Source: Myxococcales bacterium
Lineage (GTDB): Bacteria; Myxococcota_A; UBA9042
Length of the DNA stretch: 30,948 bases
Direction: 5' to 3'
Assembly (NCBI GenBank): GCA_037441385.1
Contig: JBBISH010000082.1
Location: 1 to 30,948, forward strand
The notes beneath the pieces are model-generated. The model ran no database searches and had not been told where the DNA came from. It worked only from the letters and a program-made list of their open reading frames with translations. Below, piece by piece: positions 24,670-30,948 of this stretch; the stretch's first letter is position 1, and each line of letters starts with the position of its first letter. The translations under genes were made by a program, and so were the position numbers.

Positions 24670-25866
24670 GTGACCGACACCGCCGCCAGCTTCACCTTGC
24701 ACCGGGCCGACCATCGCGGCGCCGAGAGCTGGCGTGCGGTGGTCACGTTGCCCGATGGCCGCAAGCTTTGGTTCCGCCGGCCGACCAAAGCCCTGGCCCA
24801 GGCCGCCGCCCAGGCCGCCCTGGTCGCCGGCACCACCATCACCATCGAGCGCGCCATCGACGAGTACTGCGTGCTGCGCTTTGAAGGCGGGGCCTGGAGC
24901 AAACACACCGAGCGGCGCGCCAGGCTGGACCTGGGCGACCTGGTGGGCCAGGACAGCCAGCCCATCGCCAGCATGGGCCGCCAGGCGCTGCTCGAATACC
25001 TGGAGCGGACCAAGCACCTGGCGCTGGCCAGCCGCCGCACCCGCTGGGCCAGCGTGGTGGCCTGGCTCAAGTTCTGCGTGGCCGAGGGCTGGCTGGACCG
25101 CAATCCGGCCGACTTGATTGACCGCAGCCGCAAACCCTGGCTGGGCAAGCGGGCCAAGCGGCAAATCGGCCGAGGCAAGGCGCAGTTGCGCAACTCAGAC
25201 GAAGTGCAGCGGTACATTACCGAGGCGCTCCGGCTGGTCGAGCTTGAAGAGCGGGTGGCGGTGCTGCTGCCGCTGCTGTGCAACATGCGCTCCGGCGAGG
25301 TACTGCACTTGACCTGTGGCGACGTGGACTTGCCGCTGGGCGTGCTGCATGTGCGCGACCAAGACGCGCGCGAAGACGACGACGAAGGCTGGTCGGTCAA
25401 GAGCGTGGCCGGTCGCCGGTCGGTATACATCCCCCAGCTGCTGGCGGCCGACCTGGCGCTGCTGGTGCAAGACCAACCGCTGGACCGCTGGCTGTTTGGC
25501 TGCTGGGGCCGCGAAAAGGGCGACCGCCGCCGGCGCGTGCCCCACGACTGCGAGTGGCTGGCGCGCCTGGTCGAAGGGGTGTGCGAGCGGGCCCAGACGC
25601 GCATCGTGAAACCTCACGGGTTGCGGGGCACTTACATGACCGTGCTGGCCGTGGTCGGCAAGGTCGCACCGATGGACATCGCGCGCTTGGTCGGCCACGG
25701 CGACGCCGGCTACACCGCCGAGCGCCACTACCTGGGTGCGCTGAGCCCGCAGCCGGCGATGCCGGAGCTGGGCGCGAGCGCGAACACCGTGAAAGGACGC
25801 GAGAACCCGGGCAGCGATTCACAAGTTTCTAACGGCCCATTGGGGCAATCGGGGGAATGCCAATGA
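24670..25866 (+). CDS. int: Tyrosine recombinase/integrase
   Basis: Catalytic set visible: MRSGE (R), VKS (K), HGLR, VGH, RHY; core-binding domain ending RNPA; adjacent to att/tRNA. Confidence 0.93.
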   Translation: MTDTAASFTLHRADHRGAESWRAVVTLPDGRKLWFRRPTKALAQAAAQAALVAGTTITIERAIDEYCVLRFEGGAWSKHTERRARLDLGDLVGQDSQPIASMGRQALLEYLERTKHLALASRRTRWASVVAWLKFCVAEGWLDRNPADLIDRSRKPWLGKRAKRQIGRGKAQLRNSDEVQRYITEALRLVELEERVAVLLPLLCNMRSGEVLHLTCGDVDLPLGVLHVRDQDAREDDDEGWSVKSVAGRRSVYIPQLLAADLALLVQDQPLDRWLFGCWGREKGDRRRRVPHDCEWLARLVEGVCERAQTRIVKPHGLRGTYMTVLAVVGKVAPMDIARLVGHGDAGYTAERHYLGALSPQPAMPELGASANTVKGRENPGSDSQVSNGPLGQSGECQ

Positions 25867-25900
25867 ACGCCAGAATCAATCGCAATACCAATGGGTTGCA

Positions 25901-25925
25901 GTGCGAGGAGCGGGACTTGAACCCG
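25901..25925. repeat. att site overlapping the tRNA-Leu 3' end
   Basis: Identical 25-mer to 7006-7030. Confidence 0.95.
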
Positions 25926-25985
25926 CATGGCCTTGCGGCCGTTAGCACCTCAAGCTAGTGCGTCTACCAATTTCGCCATCCTCGC
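25902..25985 (-). tRNA. tRNA-Leu (GAG)
   Basis: GCGAGGA/TCCTCGC acceptor stem, anticodon loop TTGAGGT, long variable arm GGCC-GCAA-GGCC, T arm GCGGG-TTCAAGT-CCCGC, discriminator A. No encoded CCA. Confidence 0.95.
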
Positions 25986-26113
25986 AACTCGGCTGCCAGA
26001 GCAGCGCCGGCCGCACGGGCCGACTCGCGGGCTGGCCCGCGACGGCCGATAGGATGCGGCGACCGGTCGCCAATGTCAAGACCGACAGCCCTTCCACGTC
26101 CGCACGCGCCGCA

Positions 26114-26557
26114 TCACGGCCAGTCCAGCAGCGTCTCGTGCCCCTGAGCGTCGACCTCAACGGCCACCAGGCCGCCGCTGGGGTGATTGCACCCGTGGCC
26201 GCCCAATTGGGCGACCGCGCCGCGCAGCCGCTCAGAGTGCTCGATCAAGGCCGCGATGGCCTCGGTCGCCACCTGGTGGTCGCGAAGGGTTTGGCGAAGC
26301 AGTTCGCGACGGCGGTTGAACTGGCCGTCGGCAATCCGATGCTTCTGGTGCGCTTGGCGCAGCGGACGCCCCTCGTAGGCAAGGTCGGCACCCAGGGCGC
26401 GCGCGGCGAACTGCAGTTCCAGCTGAGCCAGGCGTTGCAAGTCCACACCGGCAAAGAAGAATCCGATCATCGAGTCGCGCGCCAGACGGGCCACAAAATC
26501 CACCATGACGGGCTCGAGCGCCGCCGCACCGCCCACCTGTTCGAACAGGCTTGCCAT
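26114..26557 (-). CDS. Group I truncated hemoglobin-like protein
   Basis: SLFEQVGG, DSMIGFFFAGVD, LG...YEGRPLRQAH; GAGG RBS. Confidence 0.85.
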   Translation of the reverse strand: MASLFEQVGGAAALEPVMVDFVARLARDSMIGFFFAGVDLQRLAQLELQFAARALGADLAYEGRPLRQAHQKHRIADGQFNRRRELLRQTLRDHQVATEAIAALIEHSERLRGAVAQLGGHGCNHPSGGLVAVEVDAQGHETLLDWP

Positions 26558-26631
26558 CCTCACCTCGCCGCAAAAAGACGGAAGCCCGCCGCCAGACTTG
26601 CCGGCGACGGGCCCCCGGAGTTCGCTTGCGC

Positions 26632-27648
26632 TTAGGCCGCGCGGCGACGCAGGACCACGGCGCCGATCAAGCCGAACAGCACCAGGACCAGGCCCCAGCT
26701 GCCGTTGCTCGTGCCCGAAGCGGTGCACGACGAGGCGCTGCTGGAGTTGTTGCTGCCGTTGGTGGTGGTGCCGGTGCCGGTGCCGGTGCCGGTGCCCGCG
26801 GCGTCCAGGGCGCCGCTGTCCTTGCCGCCGGTCGAGGCATCGCTGGTCGAGCCGCCGGTGCAGGTCTTGGCCGCCGAGCACACGCCGCCGTTGTCGCAGG
26901 TGCCCGAGCACTTGCCGCCGCAGCCGTCGTTGTCGCCACACTTCTTGCCGGCGCACTTGGCGGTGCAGCTGCTCACGTCGGCCGCGCTGCTGGTGTCGCC
27001 GCCACCACCACCACTGCAGTACTGCTCCTTGTCGGCGCAGCAGTCGCCGCTCTTGGTGCAGATGTCGTCGCAGTAGCAGGCAGCAGGCTTGCCGTCGGCG
27101 CCCACGCCCTTGCTGTTCTCGGCGCAGTCGCTGCCTTTGCAGCTGCCGGCCGGGGCCGTGCCGCCGCCGCCGCCGCACAGCGTGTCGTAGTCTTGGCAGC
27201 AGTCACCGTAGTCCTTGCAGGCGTCGTCGCAGTTGCAGGGGGAGGAGTTGCCCAGGAACTTGCCGCACTTGTCCTTGCAGCTGCCCTTGGTGGGGTCGTT
27301 GCAGGACTTGTAGCCGCAATCGGCGATGGCGTTGAGCAGGCCCTGGACCTTGTCAATCCCCGCTTGGTCGAGCTTCAGGCCTTCCAGGCACTTCTGATCG
27401 CTGCCACAGGCGTGGGCGGCCAGGCAGTCCTTGTCGGCCTTGCAGGCGTCGGTCTCCTTTGCGCACTTCTGGTCCCAGCAGGGGTTCTCGTTGAACGCAC
27501 CAGTGCCCGTGTCGGTGGTCGCAGTGGCGTCGCCGGCCACGGCGGTCGCGTCGGCGGGCGTGCTGGTCGCATCGGTCTCGGCAAAGGCAACGGCGGGCAA
27601 AGCGGACAGGGCCAAGGTGGCCAGCGCGGTCTTCCAACGCAAAGTCAT
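26632..27648 (-). CDS. Secreted Cys-rich protein with two somatomedin-B-like domains and MYXO-CTERM-like anchor
   Basis: Signal peptide; CNCDDACKDYGDCCQDY and CYCDDICTKSGDCCAD; ends SSCTA...TM...RRRAA. Confidence 0.82.
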   Translation of the reverse strand: MTLRWKTALATLALSALPAVAFAETDATSTPADATAVAGDATATTDTGTGAFNENPCWDQKCAKETDACKADKDCLAAHACGSDQKCLEGLKLDQAGIDKVQGLLNAIADCGYKSCNDPTKGSCKDKCGKFLGNSSPCNCDDACKDYGDCCQDYDTLCGGGGGTAPAGSCKGSDCAENSKGVGADGKPAACYCDDICTKSGDCCADKEQYCSGGGGGDTSSAADVSSCTAKCAGKKCGDNDGCGGKCSGTCDNGGVCSAAKTCTGGSTSDASTGGKDSGALDAAGTGTGTGTGTTTNGSNNSSSASSCTASGTSNGSWGLVLVLFGLIGAVVLRRRAA

Positions 27649-28169
27649 TTCATTTCTCCGTAGTGTGGTCGCGAAAGTAGGGTCGCGAGTCAGCGGCAGG
27701 TTGGGGGCAAAGGCGCAAGGAGCGTGCACATCGGAAGTGCCGGTCGGCGACTTCGGGCTCGAACTGGCCGAGCGCTACCGGCCGGCCGTCCGAAAACGAT
27801 AGCGGATTCTCCCGGTCCGATGCAACCACAGACTTGTACACACCCCAACTGATTCACGCCCGCATGGTTTCTGCGACCCGGTCTACAACTGGCGAGAATC
27901 AGGGGTGAACCTCGGTTCTCGCCCGAGGAATTGCCTGCATTTTCGGTCCGGTTCGGACGGAACCGATATTCGGCAGCAGTGACGCGCCGCACCGGGACTC
28001 ACACGAAATTCAGTAGCAATATTGTGAGATTAGAAGCTTCGTCAGAGATTTGTTTCGCCATCTCCGCGCGCGGGGGTACCAACGCGCACAGGCGACTACG
28101 CAAACCCAGACGACGCGGGGTCCAGGCCGGCAACGCGAACGCCCCCGGCGCAGAATCCGTTCAAAATAG

Positions 28170-29942
28170 CTAGGGTTTTGCTGCGATATTGTCGTAGAGC
28201 TGCGTAGCCAGGGCGAGGCCATCGGCCAGCGAGCCCTGTGGATCATCCGAAGCTGGTGTGATCGCTTCGAGCATCCGCTTGGCAAACTTCTTGGCTGCTT
28301 CCAGCGTGGCCAAGGCCTCGGCGGCGGTCGCCAGTCCATGCGCTTGCCCACAAGCCTGCCGCATCGCCTCGCCCAACAGCACCAACGCCGCGGTGCGCCT
28401 TGCCACGGGCTGCGAGAAGAACTCCAAAGGACCATCCGGGATTTGCACCAACCCGTTCACCTGCACCTTGGCATCGTGGCTGTAGCTTTGACCACTGGCA
28501 GTAAGTTGGTATTGCCACTGAACGGTCGCCAGGTTCAACTCCAAAGCCTGACTGACCACCGTGCCGGACGGCGGCGACAACCGCAGCACGACCATGCCGT
28601 TGTGCTGCGAAGGATACAGCGTGCTGGCCAGCGAAGCTGACACCTGTGCCGAGTCGTCTTGCGCGATGATGCCGTCGGGCGCGGTGGGGGCGACATCCGT
28701 GCTGCCTGTGCTGGTGTCCGACGAACCCGACTGCGAGTCGACCTCGCCCAGAATCATGGTGGCGCCCTGTTGCTTGAAAGGCAGACCGTACGAGTCGGCG
28801 ATCTTCCAGCCTGGAGCCAGCTCGACCTGAACCCGCAGGTTCTGGGCCACCGGAACCAGCAACGTCTGCAGGTCGACGGTAAACGCGGTTGAAATCGCAG
28901 ACAATTGTGGAGCCTCGTAGTAAGTACCCTGCCCGGCTTTGGCCAGCGAGTTGAGCAACGCTGTGCGCGGCTGGGGCCCCACGCCGATCGCCGACAACGA
29001 CAGCCCCAACTTGCCAACCTGGGCCACAAGGTCCGCCGCGCTGTGGCTCCCTTGGGTGCTGCTGCCGTCGCTGCACAACAGCACGCGCCTTTGCTGGATG
29101 GACTTGGGCACCGACGTCAGGACGGCGGCCGCTCCCTCCATGGCGACGTACAAGTCGGTCCCGCCGCTGCCCTTCAGGCCGTTCAAGGCGGCCGCAAGCT
29201 CAGCACGGGCCGCCGGTTTCCACTCGGCCGCGGCCCACAGCTGCTGCACTTCGCCCGAAAAACCCAGAACTGCCAAGTAGCTGCCGGTGGGCAGATTGTC
29301 CGACAGCGACAGGATGCCTTCGCGCACCGCGGCCAGGCGCTCGGTGTCGATCGACCCCGAAGTGTCGACCAGCACCACCAACCCAAGAGCGGGTTGCAGG
29401 TCGGCCAAAGTCTTTGCAGTGTTGAAGCCTAGTTGCAGCAGTACCGTGGGCGGACTGCCCGGATCGGCGACGACGGCGCCCAAAGCGTGCAGGTCCACGG
29501 GGCGGGTCGGATCGGCCGCGGGCAGGGGCGAACCCACCTCGTTGAACCACCCCTCCATCGGGAAATCCGAAGCGACTGGCACCTGCCCCTGAGCCACCAA
29601 CTGTCTGAACTTGGAGATGTTTTGCGCGCCAGGCAAGACCAAACCCAGCGATGCCTGCCCTGATTCGGCTTTGTTGCCGCCGTTGTCGGCCACGTCGGCC
29701 GCGCCCGCCTGACCCACGTCACTCAACTGGCCGGAATCACTTACCTTGCTGGCATCCGTCAAAGCCGCATACGGGCCGGCGTCGTCGCTGGAGGCGGTGC
29801 CGTGGCCGCTTGGCACCCACGTGTCTTCGGCCGGACCGGCGGCGGCGCTGGCAGACAAGTCGGCCGACGCGCAACCCCAGACCAGACCAGCCCAAACGCC
29901 AAGGGCGGCCAGGGTGGGCCCCAAGCGGCGCGAGGGCCGCAT
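28170..29942 (-). CDS. vWA-domain lipoprotein (YfbK-like)
   Basis: Lipobox-like VWGC; MIDAS VDTSGS, GGTDL, LCSDG. The start could alternatively be 29981. Confidence 0.82.
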   Translation of the reverse strand: MRPSRRLGPTLAALGVWAGLVWGCASADLSASAAAGPAEDTWVPSGHGTASSDDAGPYAALTDASKVSDSGQLSDVGQAGAADVADNGGNKAESGQASLGLVLPGAQNISKFRQLVAQGQVPVASDFPMEGWFNEVGSPLPAADPTRPVDLHALGAVVADPGSPPTVLLQLGFNTAKTLADLQPALGLVVLVDTSGSIDTERLAAVREGILSLSDNLPTGSYLAVLGFSGEVQQLWAAAEWKPAARAELAAALNGLKGSGGTDLYVAMEGAAAVLTSVPKSIQQRRVLLCSDGSSTQGSHSAADLVAQVGKLGLSLSAIGVGPQPRTALLNSLAKAGQGTYYEAPQLSAISTAFTVDLQTLLVPVAQNLRVQVELAPGWKIADSYGLPFKQQGATMILGEVDSQSGSSDTSTGSTDVAPTAPDGIIAQDDSAQVSASLASTLYPSQHNGMVVLRLSPPSGTVVSQALELNLATVQWQYQLTASGQSYSHDAKVQVNGLVQIPDGPLEFFSQPVARRTAALVLLGEAMRQACGQAHGLATAAEALATLEAAKKFAKRMLEAITPASDDPQGSLADGLALATQLYDNIAAKP

Positions 29943-30948
29943 CAAGGACAGCTCCACGAGACGGCCAAGTCGTCTACCCACAGGCCCTTGCCATTGTTGT
30001 TGTTGAAGTCATTGACGAACAACACCGAGATGTTGATCGACTGCCCCTTGTACGCGTCCAGGGCGATGCTGACCTTTTCAAAGCCGTTCGTGCTGGTGCA
30101 CCACGTCTTGAGCGCCGTGCCGTTGACCTGGATGACGACCTTGTCGGCCAACGGGTTGTTTTGGCAGTTGGGGCTCTGCGCCGGGTCGCGGCTGTAGAGG
30201 AGATTGGCCGTGAACACCGGCGCGCTGATGGTCGCGGGAATGGTGATGGCGGGCAGGTTGGCGGTGCCCTGGCCCGGGCCGCCCTGGTAGGTGTGGGTGC
30301 CGTTGGCGAGCACCCGGCCAAAGTAGAGGGCATTGCTGGCGCTGACAAACGCGGTGCTGTCGAGCTGCCACTTGCTTTGCTGCGACAGGACTTGCGTGGC
30401 CACGGGGCTGATCTGGCCATCGTCAAAGTTCTTGGCAAAGCCGATCGGCGCCGTGTTGCTGCACTTGCCCGTGACCACGTCGCACGCGTCGGTGGTGCAG
30501 GCCACGCCGTCGTCACACGACTTGACGGTGCCCTGGCAGGTCTTGCCGTCGGCCTGGCACACGTCGCTGACCGTGCACAAGTTGCCGTCGTTGCAGGCGG
30601 TTCCCGGCGCCGGCTTGCCGATGCAGGTGCCGCCGCTGCACGCGTCACTGGTGCAGATGTTGCCGTCGTTGCACGGTGCGCTGTTGGGGGTGTGGGTGCA
30701 GGCGCCCGTGCTGGCAGTGCAGGCGTCGTCGGTGCAAGCGTTGCCGTCGTCGCAGTTGACCGCCAGCGTGCCGGCGCATGTGCCCGCCGCGCTGCAGACG
30801 TCGCCCTTGGTGCACGCGCTGCCGTCGTCGCAGGCGCCGCCCGCTTGCGGCACGCCCAGGCAGTTGCCTGTCTTGGCATCGCAGACATCCAGCGTGCACA
30901 CGTTCTTGTCGTCGCAGACTTTGGCGTCTGCACCGGCACCGCCAAAGT
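29942..30948 (-). CDS. C-terminal part of a large Cys-repeat surface protein (partial)
   Basis: Repeated C(D/N)DGNxCTxDxC units, then a beta-sandwich ending GLWVDDLAV; open to the window edge. Confidence 0.8.
   Translation of the reverse strand, partial: FGGAGADAKVCDDKNVCTLDVCDAKTGNCLGVPQAGGACDDGSACTKGDVCSAAGTCAGTLAVNCDDGNACTDDACTASTGACTHTPNSAPCNDGNICTSDACSGGTCIGKPAPGTACNDGNLCTVSDVCQADGKTCQGTVKSCDDGVACTTDACDVVTGKCSNTAPIGFAKNFDDGQISPVATQVLSQQSKWQLDSTAFVSASNALYFGRVLANGTHTYQGGPGQGTANLPAITIPATISAPVFTANLLYSRDPAQSPNCQNNPLADKVVIQVNGTALKTWCTSTNGFEKVSIALDAYKGQSINISVLFVNDFNNNNGKGLWVDDLAVSWSCP

Larger units (their letters stand above)
7006..25925. mobile_element. Integrated provirus (about 18.9 kb) at tRNA-Leu; probable tailless double-jelly-roll, internal-membrane virus
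   Basis: 25-bp att direct repeats, tyrosine integrase next to the tRNA, VapE ATPase, packaging-type ATPase, capsid candidate, membrane proteins and lysins. Confidence refers to the integrated element; the virus class is less certain. Confidence 0.9.

Noticed and set aside
21915..25604. 1229-aa minus-strand ORF
   Set aside because: Antisense shadow of six plus-strand genes that have RBSs and recognisable motifs. High GC3 suppresses stops on the opposite strand, and the translation has no domain signature.
7006..25925. Interpretation as an inovirus or a tailed prophage
   Set aside because: The ATPase lacks the TM and C-terminal extension of Zot/pI, and lysins plus a large soluble capsid candidate are present. 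No terminase, portal, tape-measure or tail ORFs are visible.
7006..25925. Interpretation as an ICE or integrated conjugative plasmid
   Set aside because: No relaxase, large VirB4/VirD4-type ATPase or mating-pair genes were recognised; the 205-aa ATPase is too short.

Overview
High-GC bacterial DNA, very probably Myxococcota (a MYXO-CTERM-like anchor and CDDGNxCTxDxC Cys-repeat proteins are present). About 18.9 kb (7006-25925) is an element integrated at the 3' end of a tRNA-Leu(GAG) gene, bounded by a perfect 25-bp att direct repeat, with an intact tyrosine integrase. Its content reads as a tailless, membrane-containing provirus of the double-jelly-roll (PRD1/PM2/STIV-like, Varidnaviria) type. 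It has a VapE-type replication ATPase and a repeat-rich putative origin. An FtsK/HerA/A32-like packaging ATPase lies just upstream of a 415-aa beta-rich capsid candidate, followed by tail-anchored membrane proteins, a penton candidate, two membrane-anchored peptidoglycan hydrolases and small basic proteins. The rest is a VapBC/nucleotidyltransferase cargo block, a divergent promoter switch and a winged-helix-rich early operon. No terminase, portal or tail genes are visible. A 12-bp hairpin motif (CTATGTGAATAG) recurs five times inside the element, two copies forming a perfect 30-bp inverted pair. Host flanks carry xth, a GT51 transglycosylase, lipoproteins, a truncated globin, Cys-rich surface proteins, a vWA protein and short CTAG-bounded MITE-like repeats. 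All family calls are by eye from motifs; no database search was run.
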